A DNA stretch of 64,000 nucleotides from assembly GCA_043228905.1 (NCBI GenBank), contig JBHGNT010000022.1, positions 9,114,001 to 9,178,000 of the forward strand, in the 5' to 3' direction. Positions 1-15,382 of this stretch are shown here, in pieces. The DNA comes from Azolla caroliniana. Taxonomy: Eukaryota > Plantae > Polypodiophyta. How positions within the stretch are numbered: position 1 is the first letter of the stretch; every line of letters begins with the position of its first letter. The notes beneath the pieces are model-generated. The model was given only the letters and a program-made list of their open reading frames with translations, was not told the DNA's origin and made no database searches. The translations under genes and the position numbers were made by a program.

Positions 1-92
1 AGCTTAAACGGCAATATGATAAGTCAATTAAAAACATCTAAAGCGAACAAAATTTTCTTAATGATTTCTAACAAATTTTCTTAATGATCAGC

Positions 93-588
93 AACAGTTC
101 AGTTCAATTTCGTTTGATTCAAGAATGTCAAAAACGAACCAGTTTGAAACCGAACCGTTTAAAATTTTGGAAACTTGAACCTAACCGAACCACGAAACCA
201 TTTGAACCAAAACCGTTTTAAAAAATCAAACCATTAAAACCGCAGTTTTATGGTTCGGTTTCGGTTTTTAATTTAGGTCAAAATTCAATTTTAAATTTTA
301 AATTTTTTCATTATTTTAATTTTTTATTTTTCAAAATTTTAAAGATTTTCCTAAAATGTGAATTAGGCTTAAAATTTTAAACAAATCTTAAGAAATTAAA
401 AAAATTAAAAAACCATTAAACGGTTTAAACTGTGGTTTCTAACCGTTGAAACCGAACCATTCACCCCCCAAACCAAAACCGAACCATTAAAAAAACTCAA
501 ACCTGAACCGAACCGTTTAAACCATTAAGCCGTTAAGCCATGGTTTCGCAGTTCGGTTCGGTTCAAACTGAACCCGTTTCCGACTGTT
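93..588. mobile_element. Probable MITE / non-autonomous DNA transposon rich in AACCG/CGGTT motifs, in a HUB1 intron
   Basis: Dense AACCGAACC and GGTTCGGTT motifs in both orientations around an AT-rich core; ends AACAGT...ACTGTT are inverted. No clear TSD; boundaries approximate. Confidence 0.5.
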
Positions 589-988
589 AGATCAAGCCCC
601 TAACAACCTTTCCCCCTTCAGCAGTATACTAGAACCTCAGCATCCTTCCAATAATTCAATACTCCCATGGTTTCTCTGATAGATAGATGCTACTTCAATG
701 CATCTGATTAAAATAATATGTTCATACTCACATGATTTCTCTGACCAATAGATGCTAATCCAACTCCTACACTTAAATATTATTGTTCATCCAGTAATCA
801 GCCCCCACTCAACCTTCCTGAGATAATTCCCCGGTAATGTCGAACACAGGAAACTGCTGAAATATAGCTCCAAGGACCCTCACCCTCACAACCCTTCCAT
901 TCATTTGAAGAAAATAGTCATCTAAACAAACCCCCGAAACATCTCATATACCAGGAAGGCCAAAAACCAATAGGATCAAGAAAATCAC

Positions 989-3900
989 CTTCCGATGACA
1001 TTTCCGTTCCTATTGCTGAGAAAAGTTGTGCATTCTTAGTATTTTCTGTGTCAATAGCTTGGAGTAGATTTTCTAAAAGTTCTAATGTGGAAGCTTCACG
1101 TTGCTCAACTGCACGTTCAATAGATAGAGAACCATTGCAGTTGCCATTACTTGAAATACCACCACTGTGTAAAAAACGGTGAAGAAACATCTCCTCGGGT
1201 GCTATAGAAACTGTCTTTTCCTCTGCAATTTCCAATAGGACCTTTGTTTAACAAACCCTTCAATAATTTAATTCCATGTCCCTCCAAAAACTCACACTTT
1301 TTACAAAAAAAAGGTACCTTCTAGAGAACATGATGATTTAAGAACTTTAAGTCCATCAATAGGTGCATTGGCTCTTGCAAGAAGAAGCTCCAGATTTTCC
1401 TCAAGCTGAAAGACAAGGAAATTTTCTCGGTAAGACTATGAAAATATCTGAGTTTGAATAAATCACTTGATGTGCTTACGTGACTTGACTTGGGATCATG
1501 AATAATGTGGCATACTCTTGATGAAACTTTACCAACAAAATGAATCACTGAAATATAAAGCAAATAGAATGAATGTAGTAATACTTTGGTCTGTTGATAA
1601 GAGAATAGTAGTCAAAAATCTTCTTAAGCTTCCGTAAATTTAGACCAAACACTTAATAGTCTACAATGCGAGATTATAATCTGCACATATGCATGGGTAA
1701 AAGATGTAACACAATGGTGCTTTTGTAACATTGATTAGAAATACAGCTAGCATGGTTCGACATTAAGGGTTGACAGAAGAGAATCTTGCGATTAGCAAAG
1801 AATCTCATGCACTCTCTAGAACAAAATTCAGATATAAATATCAATATAAATTTCCACTGACAAGCATGCCTACTATGCCCAACATTCCAAAAGCACAGTG
1901 CCTTCCTCAGGACACAGCTTCTTTCATACCAATGTATTGCACTAGGACAACTGTGAAGCCATTCATCATCTTCAATCTAAGTTTTGAGCTCTTAATTTCC
2001 TTTCACTCAAACCTCTTCGAGACAGTGACATTGTTTCTATCAGATTTTGTAAGATTGCAAAGTGATCAGACTATCACATTTATGACTATTGGTGACTAAA
2101 AAAGCATTGTTTCTGGAAGCAGCAAGCTTTATAAGTTCTGTTTTTGCGAGGAAAAGATTAATTTTCTTGTTCACAATGAGCATCCCTGAGGGTCACATAA
2201 CATGAAAGAGTGAAAAAAGTCAAAGAGATAATGTTTTAAATATCAGTGACAGGAAGAAAGCGCATAGGTAGTTCAAATGGCCTCAACAATTCAGAATAGT
2301 GAACATTAAACAATGAACCTAAAAGATTGTACAAACAATATTTTTAGGCCAAACTGTATGTTTATTCTCATTCAAATTTGTGACTTCTTAGCAACAGATC
2401 AACTGCATGACAAGAAACACTGCTTCTCTTCACGTTCTCAGCGTTAATACTTTATGTTCTTTCCTTTTTTCAGGTGTACCCAATAAATATTTCCTTCAAG
2501 TGATATTTGATAATTTACTGTTAAATATATTTAGCATCATGGATGCATGGCTGGAGATCTCACGACCCTGTATTTCCTAGAGACAAAATTAACTTCACCA
2601 AGCCTTACAAGGCTCAGCATGAATGATTATATTTTCTTTTAGGTGTGTTTAAGATGAGTCAATTCATACATTTCCAAACTCCATTTGTTTCCTTGCAGGT
2701 GTCCCAATTTAGTGGGTTTACCTGAGTATTGTAGCATTGTAATTTGCTATAATTTCATTTGACCATGACTGCATCAATAAGCATATCATCAATGAGTAGC
2801 TCAGGTCATGTTGACATATTCCATTTCTTAAATCAAACGTCACACACAGCAAATAACTCTCTTCTAGTTGGATAACTGACACACGCAGAAGGTTTAAGAG
2901 ATGATATGGGGCAACAATACCTGAGCATATCATCAGTGGGTAGCTCAGGTAGTGTTGCCACATTCCATCCCTTCAACGTGAATCATGTCCTCAACTTGAA
3001 GAGAAAATGTTGCCCTAATCTTTTGTTTGCTTTATTGCTACCATCTGAAGCTTGGAATAGGTATGCAATACACCTCCATCTCCTTCACTTTAGCCACATA
3101 TTTGTGGATGTTCATCCAACTCCCTATTTCAATGGATCTCAACCCCTTTCAAGCAGCATCATTGAGTATGGTGTGGTTGCCTTGACCCCTAGGAGGCACG
3201 TTTGGCAGTGTTGGCACATTCCATCTCTTAAACTATCTACATAACTCATGTGCCTGACTAGAAGAACGAATTTTGCCCTTATTCACAGCTTGCATTTCCT
3301 TGATATCATCCCAATCTTGGATTGTTAGTCAATGTGCCTCCATGTTCTTCATGTTACCTGCATACTTGTGTAGTTCATTGGGTCTCATCTCCTTCGAAGG
3401 AGCACCATTGAGTATGGAGTGGTTGCCTTCACCACTATGCGGCATCATAGAAGCATATTTCTGTATCTTCTGGATGCCCTTCCATGTACAAGGGCATATA
3501 CTTTCCTTTCCCATTCGTCCATATACTATATAGCAACACTTGGATTACCATTACCAATGCATTGGTCTCTGTCTGCCATCTCTGAAGGTCATGAAGATTG
3601 CACTTGGATTCAATGATGTGTTAGCTTGGCAAACCAATGTTTACATAAATGTGCTCCAATTATGGTTGAGGATGTCAATGCCCCAGCAAATGAGAGAGAG
3701 AGAAAGAGAAGAAGGAGAAGAGGCAAATAGCCTTCTACATACTAGACTATTAAACGAGAAAGTAGTACTAGAAAAAGAAAAGGAAATACAATCTTTTAAC
3801 ATATCCGAGGGTGGAAAGAGAGAAGACAATCCAATCTTCTAAAGTCAAACCATAATCACAATCATCAAAACTAGGAGGACGAAAATCGCAAGTATCATGA

Positions 3901-4528
3901 TATATCCAGAGTAATTTGCACAAGAAAATACTCTCCTAAGATAATGAAGAAAGCTAGCATCAAAATATGAGGAAATTGGATCTCTACAAAGCTATAGAAA
4001 ATAGATAAAAGGAATGGAAAGGGATTACCTCTTCCCAAGAGTCTTGAATAGATGCCAAGCTTTCATCGTAAGCTACCTGCCTCTGTTTCAAATCTTTAAG
4101 CTTTGTTTCTAGGTCATGGATCTCGCTCCTCTGAGCATCCAGCTGCTGTGCGAGCTTATGATTCTCATACTGAAGCTCCGCTGTATCCACCTGAAAACCC
4201 TAGCTATCAGACAAAGAAAAGCAGAGAAGGAAGGAGATGGAAGGGTAGAAGGATGTAAGAAAATCAGTCTCCGACTGAATCTCGGATGGTGTTCCACCTG
4301 AAGAGACCATAAAATTTGAGGGCAAAAGGGAAGGAGACAGGAAGGATTTAAGAGGATGAGAAGGGTAAAAAACAAAAAACAAAAAAGAACCTTCTTGTCT
4401 TGGGAAGGAGAGACAGGTTGCTTCTTGGGCGGCGAAAATGAGCCACCAGCGGCGGCGGCGGCGCTGCTGCTGCTGCTGCTGCTGCAATGGCGACGCTTCC
4501 TGTCGCCTTCTTCTTTGCTCCCCCCCAT
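989..4528 (-). CDS. HUB1: E3 ubiquitin ligase BRE1-like / HISTONE MONOUBIQUITINATION 1, 5' part (exons 4391-4528, 4029-4190, 1318-1405, 989-1222; gene continues past the left edge)
   Basis: Spliced translation MGGSKEEGDRKRRH...KKQP...DKK|VDTAELQYENHKLAQQLDAQ...SWEE|LEENLELL... resembles the plant HUB1 N-terminus (recalled MASTGEPDRKRRHFSS...LDTAVLQFQNLKLSQKLEAQ). All introns are GT-AG with consistent phases. Confidence 0.88.
2720..3620. repeat. Degenerate, internally repeated sequence (likely TE relic) in HUB1 intron 2
   Basis: Recurrent blocks GCATATCATCA..GTAGCTCAGGT (~2781, ~2926) and CATTGAGTATGG.GTGGTTGCCTT.ACC (~3159, ~3405); ORFs broken. Confidence 0.4.
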
Positions 4529-4529
4529 C

Positions 4530-4560
<31 letters not shown>

Positions 4561-4764
4561 AGAATAAATCTATCGGGAGCACCACAGGAAAGATGAAGAA
4601 GAAGAAGAAGAAATTCAGTATGATCTCTCTCTCTCTCTGTCTGCCTCTCTGAGTGAGTGACAGAGAGAGAGAGAGCTCCCAAAACAAAACGAAGGAGACA
4701 GTCTACAGACAGACAGACAGACAGACAGAGATAGATATTAACTCTGTATGCATGGCACATGCAT

Positions 4765-5168
4765 GTTTGTATGTATGTATGTATGTATGTATGTATGTAT
4801 GTATGTATGTATGTATTCTATGTACATATGTAAATTGTAATTTGCATCTGTATGTACATATTTCTATGTATGTATGTATGTATTCTATGTATGTCATTTG
4901 CATGTGTATGTATGTATGTATGTATTCTATGTATGTCATTTGCATGTGTATGTATGTATTGTATGCTATTTCATGTATGTATGTATGTATGTATGATGAT
5001 GTATTGTATGTATGTGTGTATTGTATGTTATGTCATGTATGTATGATTGGATCATGGATGTGTGTATGTGTGTATTGTAAATTTATATGTATGATGTATT
5101 GTATGTATGTATTGTATGTGCGTGTGTATGTATGTATGCATGTATTGTATGTATGTATGTATGTATGT
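4765..5168. repeat. Degenerate (ATGT)n microsatellite upstream of HUB1
   Basis: About 400 bp of TATG/ATGT units, preceded by (CT)n, (GAA)n and (CAGA)n tracts. Confidence 0.95.
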
Positions 5169-6819
5169 CTAGAGATAGTCACAACATACTCTAGGTAACT
5201 ACAAGGAAGTGTCATGGGGAGCATTGCCGCTTGCCTTAATTGGCGCATGGCATCTCCCCAGAGCCAAGAGAAAGAGAGGGAAGAGTCCATACAAATACTA
5301 TTGCATCTCAATGATGATGCTTACCGAAGGGACCACCCTCTCGATACATATCAACAACAATTAGCATTTGCATTGTGCAACACATCTACAGCCTACACGC
5401 TTGAGGCTCTACAACCTGTGAAGCATCTTGCGGGTGAGCGAGGAGATATTTTAGCACTTGCCTTTTAAATGGGCAAGCATTGCTATCTTCTTTGCTCTTT
5501 CATGGCATCAGATTCATCATTCGATCAATACTCATGCCAAGCATGCTAAATTTTGCAACTCTTATCAAGTTTAATATTCAAATCCTACAATTTCAAATGG
5601 TATATGCTTTTCTTCTAATTTCAAGCAAACACAATGTGGATTTTCTAATTTCATGCAAACGCAAATATTCGATTAGATGTTGAATATTTCAGTCATTATT
5701 TTGCAGTACCTTTCCTCTTGTTTTCGAGAAAACCACATCCCCAATTTCTCACATATCATAATGGGGAGCATTTACTCCTAAAAAGCAGCCAAGAAACCAA
5801 CAATCTAGGTATCAATCTCAAGATCTATGACAAATGGGCCAACAGAATCTAGGTAAGCCACAGTTTTAGCCCACAATACAAATAGTACAAAAGCACAAGC
5901 TTTTTTATTAGAGCCCCATGCAAGGATGCTTACTATGTATGTTACAAGTTAAAACCAGCAATACATGTGATGATGAATCAATGCATTGGCATTGAATATG
6001 CCATAAGAGTCAAGACTATATTTCAGAATTCCACAATATCTGGGATTTCCATAACACTTCTTTTATTCTCTCAACCGAAAGCATTGATACTGATCCAAAT
6101 TTATGCAAACTAGACAAGACAGACTAGGCTTTCACAGCTTTTTTCTCGTTTTCTCAACCCACAAATACCTGTTCAAATCCATTTTTATCGAGCCATAAAT
6201 AAATTGGACTTCTTTATTGGTTTTGTTCAGAATTAGTTATTGGAAGGTGTAAACAACCTTTGTTGAAGCTTGAAAGCCAACGATATCTCAAATGGCTCAA
6301 TTTGTAGCAAGGATGGCATCCTGTAAAGTTTACAATACATTTGCCAATAACGCATATGCTTTGCGTGCATACTATACGACGTTGCAAACAGGATTTGACA
6401 ATCAGAATACAAATCTAAACTTCAAAATGCTAACTCTCTCTTAAATTTCAAAATTCCCTCACAATGTAAAAAAAAGAATCGTATCTATAGCTCACCCTCA
6501 AAAATGTGAAGCCCTTCTACTATAATACAAGAGTCTTGAAGTCTTCTTTCTAGACTCTTCTCTTTACCCTCATCAACCAAGACATGTAGGGATCCAAAGA
6601 AAGCTACGAGAAAACTTTGGCAGACACTGCTTTCTTTCGAGTGACTATATTCATCTCTTTTCTTTATAATTATATATTCATGGAGTCGTGACATCTTCCA
6701 TCTAAACTTCTCTTTTCCTTCGTCGAATAAAAAACATATATGGGAATCCGACGAAAGCTATGAGAAAACTTTGACAAACACTGGTTCCTGTCTAGTAGCG
6801 TGATTATACTCCTCTTTTT

Positions 6820-9800
6820 TTATGATTGTGAACTCCTCTTCTTCTTCTTGTTATTATTATTCTTTTTCCTCTTTGCTAACACTTTCGAACTACCATCACC
6901 AACATTATCTTCAGTGATATTATCCAAGACAATATTATTATTCTGGCTTGGAAGCTCACACTGATCTTCTGAAGCTTTCACTTCAGTCTCTAGATTCATG
7001 ACATGATTCTCCTTAGAATCAAAAGTCCAACCATGAAAATCTGTTAGCCCTAATGTCAACAAAACATCTGAATTCTTTGAAAACAGTTTTGAAGGACAAG
7101 TTTTGTAAAATGCAAGGGGCACTTGTTTCATCCTTCTTTTCACCTGACAAAGACAACCATCTCAAATTGAGTTTTTTAAGTAGATAACTTCTTGCAAAAA
7201 ATCAGAGATGAAACTTGGATGTTCTTTTCTTGTTTTTTAATCCCTCACCTCTTCTGCGAATATTGTTGAATATGATCCTGAACTAAAATCCTTTATGGCC
7301 AACTCTTCTGTTTTTGCTCTGACTGTCAGATCGGTCTCAAGAGATGCTACAAATCTGACATTTATGTATATATATATATATAGAATCCATCACCAAAAAA
7401 CAAATACAAATTTATATTTAGGACAGTTTTAAATACCTCTTCTTAAAACGGAACAGCTATAACTCTTCTCAAATTTATGTTTAGGACATGTAAGCTATCA
7501 TTTCAAAGCTTTCATGATTGAAAAGTTCTTGCTTCTTTTCAATCACATTCTTAAGATGAAGCAATCTTGCCCAATTTAAAGGTGTTTTGAGTCCAGGAAG
7601 TAGAAACCCTTGTTAATCTAGTTTGGCAATAATTCATTCCAATCCTTCCTCTAACCATCTTTTGTTCTAAACTGTGCATTTTACTAACATTTGATCTAGC
7701 TTCTCTCTACCCATACTCTATCTAATATTCTCCTAATTTGTTTTCCATTGGTGCATTGAACACGAGCCACTGGTTTGCCTAATCAGAATATCTATAAACC
7801 TTGATGGATTCTGAGCAACAAGAAAACAAGCCAGCTAACTATCTTTGCAAAAAACCCAAATGATTCCCACTGTTACACTTCCGTAAAGATTCTGAAAATA
7901 ATCAATATGTGACACAATAAAAACAACTTATGAAATGATTCTATTTCCATTTTCTAAATGGAATAGCTGCAAAGATTCATACCTGGAAACAATAGGACAG
8001 TAATGTCGACGAAGGGCGTCAATCTCCCACAGTGAACTCTCTAGTTTCAAGATAAGAATAGAACAATCATAAAGATTAAGTAAAACACTGTTATCTACAA
8101 GCTTTACACGAACTTCATTCCATAAACTTACGAAGAGCATTAGCTTTGGCCGGATCTTCTTCACAAGGAACAAATGGATCTGCTCCTCGTCTATCCGCTA
8201 ACTCTTCTGTATCTTGACTTACACCTTGAACAAGCCCTGTTTTTCCATTATCCGGCTCATCTTCCAATACTGAGCAATTTGGATCAACATAATCCTGCCA
8301 TGCTTAAGGAATGTTAAAATCCTCCATAAGCTAATAAACAAAACTACAAAAGTATGAAGTATCATAAAACTAAAGCAAAAGAGGTATAGCCAAACTCTTC
8401 AAGCATAGGGATTAAAGATAATATCTTCGAGCTTGTATGTTAAAAGGACACCTTATGCACTAGGATATTGATAGAAGGGTGGCGTCGAAGTAGGTTGTGC
8501 ACGATCGCAATTACGATGAGTGCACCTGAGGGAGGTGACTTCAACGCAATCCTTCCGAGCTTCTTTGCAAAGGCAGCAGCCAGATATGAAGGCAACAATG
8601 GAGATTTCAAGCATGTGTCTAACAACTGTCATTTCAAGTACAAAGAGGAAGTTTTAGCAATCTCACAGCATTTTACACAATCCATTGTCACATTTATATG
8701 AAAATATAAAGAAATTAAAAAATGTATGAAAAAATTAAGCTAAGTAAAAATAGGAAAACATAAAAAGATCCAATTTCATGGATTAATGTTACCTCAAAGA
8801 ACCGGGCTCGATACTTGGCGATGAATATCGATGGTTCTAATAGTGCATATAGTTTTGTATAGAAATCAGGGTATTCCAGTCCATATTGTGTTATTAGTGA
8901 AAAAAGTCCACTTAAAGCCATCACACTAATGAGACCCCCTTTGTTATATGAACTGGTGAGGAAGTCACTGCAGACAGTGCACATGGTTCTCAGAAACTTA
9001 CGAAAATTCCAAGAAACATGAACACTAATATAGAGAATTAAGGACAATGAACAAGACCTTACAAATTGTTGATGAAAATGAGATAAGAGCCAAAATAATA
9101 AGAAAAAAGGAACAAAAAATTAATATACAAACAGACATTAAAAGCCACAACAGGCAAACAGAACAAACACCATGATTCCCTCAAAAACAAAACAACAAGT
9201 AATCAACTCACCAATACTAAAACAGTAAAAAGAAAATGGAAAAAACTCTGTTTTACAAAAACGTCAGTTTTGTAATAATTGATAAGGAATGACGTGAAAT
9301 GGAAAAAGAGGCTATATTAACTTCAAAGTGCAAAACCTTTGATGGCAGCAAAAAAATCAGAGGGGAGATTTAACAATATAATAGGAATAATGCCAATGAC
9401 AATGCCCTCCTGCATAAATAGACTGTCAAATAAACACTTCAACCACCACATTTACACCCCTAGATGATGATGTGCTTAATTTATGTATCATTTCCCTATG
9501 GAAACTAGAAACATGTGGTGTCTTATAGTCAGATGTATCATATTTATATTACAACATAGACAATTATTACAAACTATGGAATGGTTTATAATTTTGGAGT
9601 CCTAGATCCCCAAAATTATTAGTAGAAATAAGATTGACCTTCAAACCCTCCCTAAGGAATTCATAACTAAAGAAATACAGGAAAGCATATTTCTAATAGA
9701 TAATAATGGAACAGTTTTGCATATGATTCATGGGATTACATATTTGGAGGTGGATACAAACCCCATTTGTACCTAAATGAAGTGATAACAAAAGTAGTAT

Positions 9801-12800
9801 TTCAAGAATCCAAAGATAAAGTGATAATAATCATCATAGCCTAGAGAAAACACAAAAATATAAAGCATTTTATGTAAGTTATCTTCCTCTAAATTATGCT
9901 TGTGTCTCCTGGTGGAAACATCAACTTGGTTCCAAGGTAAAGGTCATGGCTATTTTGTTTTTTGGTTAATTCAGACTCAAGAAAATCTGAGTTTCAATCC
10001 ATCTCAGTTGATAAACAATCAGACGGTAAAGACTCTGGAAAAAACGCAATATCTATTAATAAACAATCTAACAAAAAAGATTCTAAAATATCATAAGTAT
10101 TTCAACTATATACATCGAAGGACGTTAAATTGTCTATTATTTTTTTATCTTTCTTGAAACCTACACACATATTCATGCCCACGTGTCTTGGAGCAACAAA
10201 ACAAACTAAGTCTACTTAGAAAGACAGAGAGTGAGTGAGATACCTGAGAAGAACAGGATTGGAAAGATTAGGAATTATCGCCTTATGCATCTGTCCCAGC
10301 ACCTGCACATAAGGATAAAGTCAATTAACAAAGAAGGCAACTCAATTGAAAGGATAAATAAAAGGGAACATCATCCTGAGTGTGAGCTAGAACAAACAAA
10401 TTATCAATACTATACATAGTTCTTATTAATGGCAAATTTCTTGTTCTTGCTTATGCATTAACCATGTGATGAATCATATTGTTGGGGGTTTAAATGCTCA
10501 AATGGACGGGAAAAGAAACAAATGCATGGATAAGTTATATGTTTAATCATGCATTTCAACATGGTGTGTTAGAGTCCAACAAATTAATTCATCAAAACAT
10601 AAGGAATTATAGACGAAAGAAAGGAAAGACAGGTGTCAAACCACCCGATGACCCTTAGCAAAGGTGTGAGATGAACCTAAACCTCCTCGATGGGAAAAAA
10701 ACGGAAAGGGGCTGACCAAGGACGCCGAATCATAACAGAAAACGGAAGAAAATCATCAGCAATTGGTCATTGCCCAAGAGGAGCTGATAACCGCAACAAC
10801 AGAGAAAGAAATTACATTGATGGGAAAATTACAACAAGACCAAGCATCCTGGATATCGGTGGAGACAGTTCTAAGATATCCTGACATACCAGCCGCAGCA
10901 CACGAATTAGCCGCAATAATGCAATTTTGGATGACGTATGAGCTGGTGGCGGCAACAGCTAAATTGGCAAAGGAACATGAGGACAAGCTCATGGTACAAC
11001 GAGCCTTAGCCAGTGACATAGAAAACAATAAGGCTCTGAATAGAATTGGCAAGAAAAGACAAGGGAAGACACGCCACCTAGCAATCGAGCTGCCCGTCTT
11101 GAATATGGCATTAGTGGAGGTCCACCAGGAATTGAAAAGGACGCGAACAGCAGCAAAAGATATGGTTTATCATAGCAAAAAGACGAGGAAAGGGGCTGAC
11201 TTGGCGGTGCAACGATTGCTGGAATCCAGAGCAAAAATTCAAGCCCTGGAACGACAAGTACAAGAGGCAGAGGAAAGTAGGAAACAGACCAGCACAGCCA
11301 TAGAACCAGCAACCAATCATGACAAACTGCTAGAGGAATTACAAGCACAAACAGCGATAACCGAAAAAGCAAAGAAAGCAAACGCAGTGGCCGAAATGGA
11401 AATCAGCCACTTAAGGGAATAACTGCGGCAAACAGAGGTCAGAGCGGAAAACGTGTGTGAACCATTTCCAAGAAGAACAAAGGTTTTACGTGAAGTGGTC
11501 AAGTGATAATACACTTGAAATAGTTATCTCATACCGTAGAATTGAAAATTACAATTCATACCCACATTCCCTTCAAAATTAACCTGCATGTACTCATCAT
11601 AGATTAGGAAAAACTACAGGAAACCTATCTCACAATCAGTTATGGTTATGCACATAACAATATGCCCAACGATTGGATTACAAGTTGGACCAAACCATTA
11701 CATAAAGGTGGAGATGAAAATGATGCAAACATCTATTAAATCATTATGGTTGGCTTGCTAATGGCAAAACTATTTGGATGTATAATGGAATCAAAGGTAA
11801 GTGCATGGGCTGAAAAAATGGTAAGAGAGATTATGGACAAGCTGGATTTCAAAAACAACATAGCACCATCGATCACCTTGTTACCCTTCGAGTACTAATG
11901 GAGGAAAGACACTTGAGAGGCAAAGGTTTACATTGGTGCTTCGTAGACTTTAAGAAAGCTTTTGATAAGGTATCTTGTGAGCATCTTTGGAGGCGAATGG
12001 AAAAGTTGAGGTGCCAAATGAATATATCTTGCAATTTCCCAATTTTATGAGAAGGTTATATATTGCATGTATATACGTCATAGGTTTTCAATTTTTTTCA
12101 ATAGCATTATTGGTGTTAAGCAAGGGTGCCATATTCACCAACTCTATTTGTTCTATGCATTGATTAATTGGAAATGATTCATTGGAAGAAGTGGTTGTCA
12201 AGTTTGTAAAGGAAGAAGGCATTGAAGAAGTTACCATTGGAATGTAGTCATTATGCTTTTATTATATGCAGATCATGTAGTTGTTTTTGCAAATGATTTA
12301 GGAAATGTGTAAAAGCTTATGAAGGCATTGGAAAAACTTTGTATGCATACTAAATTAAGTATCAACAACTCTAGAACAAAGACTATGCTTGTGAAGAGCC
12401 AAAAACACAGATAAAAATGTGCATTATGTACAATAATGAGCCACTTAAATTTGTGGAAAGCTTCAAATATATTGGCCATGTAAGTTCTTTCAAATCATAG
12501 TTGGAATGAATGTACTAACCACGGAAAGAGAGCATATTATGCATTGGAAAACACATGCAATCATGGAGGTGTTGGAGGTGCTTCGCTATGGGGTGGAAGT
12601 ATGAGGTGGTAGCATCCCTAAATAAATATAATTGGAAAGAGTTTGAAAATGTCCAAAAGCATTTTCTTACAAAGTCCTCCTACTTGAGATAGGATCACTT
12701 CCCATTGAGATCATGGCTTATCGAATACATGCTTAAGGTTCAAAAAAGTTCCTCACATCGACTTCTTAGAATCGCTTGGGAAGAAAGCAAAAAGATGCAT

Positions 12801-15351
12801 AAAAGCAAAATTTTGTGTTCCGTTTGGATGCAAGATATGGAAAAATGGTTTGGACGATGGGATGCAACACACTTGCTTAATGATGCATCACTAGATTTTT
12901 CTGTAAATGCGGCCTTTTTGTAATACCAATGTATCATGACATGGGAAAAATGTGGAGACTCATGTTTCAACATATTATACTACACATTGTTGCACCTAAC
13001 TACAAAACCGCGTTCTTCATCCATCTAACAAGCAAACCGCACACACATACATGTTAGAGCCCATCCCATTGTCTACCATTTGAACCATTGTTTCCTCGTG
13101 ACTTAGCTTAAACTCACTCCAATATGAAACAAGGTGTTGGGACACAAGTGGTGAGAGTAATCGACTATGCACACTTTGCCCTAAACAAGTTAGGTATCTA
13201 ACTATCACATTTTGATACAACGCTATGTCATTGATCACATTCAACTATACTTTCCATAGATCTTCAACCAAACCCAAGCATTGCACGAATTTCTGTCAAT
13301 CATAATGTGCACCTCAATTGCGACATTCATTCTTGAACATCAAGAGTTGCTACTCACTTTCACATGTATTAGGTGAAAATGTTATACTTTTGGTCTCATA
13401 GGTCATATTTGAACTCTGAAGACAATAACAAGATATACGTATCTATCTATCTCTAACTCACCTATACTTAGTTCCTCTAAGCTCTCCACCTCCTTTCAAT
13501 CAAGAAATGAATCATTTGTTTTTGCATCTATGAGCTTCATCTCCCTCAACCTGCTTGTGTTATTTCTCTCACACATATACTTGGTTTCTTTGAGCTCTCC
13601 ACCTCCTTTTACATATTACTAATCAAGAAATTAATCATTTGTTTTTGCATGTGATTATTTTGCTTTAGGCTAGATTGAGAAGAAGAAAAAGAAGCAACAT
13701 GTCCTTATGTCCTTAAAAATCATTTTGGTTGGATGTATGAATGATTGTATCTAATTGTGGAACATACAAAAGAAAATGCATTTAGTTACCTAGGCCTTCA
13801 TTTCCATCACATATATAACATGGAAAACTACTACCCCAAATTTCAACACCAAAACACTACTCCAATCAAGCATTTTATATACTCTCCCTATGTGAAAAGA
13901 ATATTACCAACAAATAATAGGTCAAACTTCACAACCATATTAATGAAATAAATATCAGCTTGATACCTTCTCATATACTGACCGAGCTAAAGGGAATCTG
14001 AGAAATGTAACCCACACTCTTGTAATTTTGGACTTTATCTTTTTCACGTCCTTTATCTACAAATGCAATGTATGAATAAACATTGAGTCAGCCAGAGATG
14101 AGAAGATAATAATGACCACGGCAAGAATACATCATATGCAAATTTTCGCGGCCCCAAAAATTTCTGTTTCAGTCCTTACCATTGCTGAATTTCCATCAGT
14201 ATCAGATTTGTTATTTTTTGTGTCCAACTGCCTCCTATTATCACCTTCCATGAATAAAAAACGACACCATCGAGAGAAACTTTAATTAGCTACATCATAT
14301 TCACAATAGTTATCAAAAGAATAGTAGTAGATCATTTGCCCTAAAAATAACAGAAATGAAGACAAAAAAAACTTCTTGAACACAAAAAAATAAAACCTGT
14401 CTTGCTCCAACATTCAATGACGGTTTTTGAATCCTTGTCACCCATTGTAGGAGCATTGAGACAAGTCAGAACATCACAAATGTTACACATAAGAGATTCA
14501 ATGCTGCAAAATAAATTTCTAAACATTAATTCATTGATTTACTACCAAGAAACCAGATCACTCATTGCAAATGCACAATCCTAAGCATTATCACCTTATT
14601 GCCAATGAAGCATCACCATTTGTAGTCAATTCATCATCTGTTATGAAAAAAGATGTAGATTAAATACATATGATGTTTATTTCCTCATCATTAGTATTGT
14701 TATGTGCATAGCATACCTTCATTCTTTGTTCCACCATATGAGATAATAATTCTCTTTAGATTTATGCAAGTGTGACAGCTGCATCAATTAATAATAGTGA
14801 GTAACAAAGCCATAACTAATTATCAATTAAAACCAGGTGTGATACTTACCATACATCAACAAAGTTGAAATAAGTAGTAACGATATGTTGAATCATTTTG
14901 TTATTGAAGTCTTTACAAAGTACCTACATTCAGTCATGAACAGCGAGTCATTGAAACAAAATAGTGAAAGGGAAGTGAAGGTTGAGAGCATGGCTGTGGT
15001 TTGAATAAAAGTTTCCAAAGCTTCCACAATACGTGACGAGAAACTATAAAATGCTAAGCCCAGAAGATGTTAGATGATTGGTGTGTCATGGTTATATCAT
15101 ATATGTATTATGTGAGTATATGGACCATCGGAATGAATTGACAACGTGAACCGTGTCTTAATCCCATTCAGAAACAAAACCAAAAGATTGGTCCTCCCAA
15201 CTCTCTGAATTAACTTTCTTACCAAGCGGTAAGACTAAGATATCAAGCATATCAAACTCCCGAATTACACATAGATCTGGCCTAGCTGTAAACATTCAAA
15301 GTTTGAAACCCCATTTACAATACATTAAGAGAAGGTGAATCCCTGTGTTTC

Positions 15352-15382
<31 letters not shown>

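Noticed and set aside
4653-5311. ORFs of 64-181 aa (MYVC/HTYI repeats)
   Set aside because: They are translations of the (ATGT)n microsatellite.
6595-6820. Duplicated ~65-bp block after the NOC4 stop as an extra exon
   Set aside because: Diverged local duplication in the 3' UTR with stops; no splice support.
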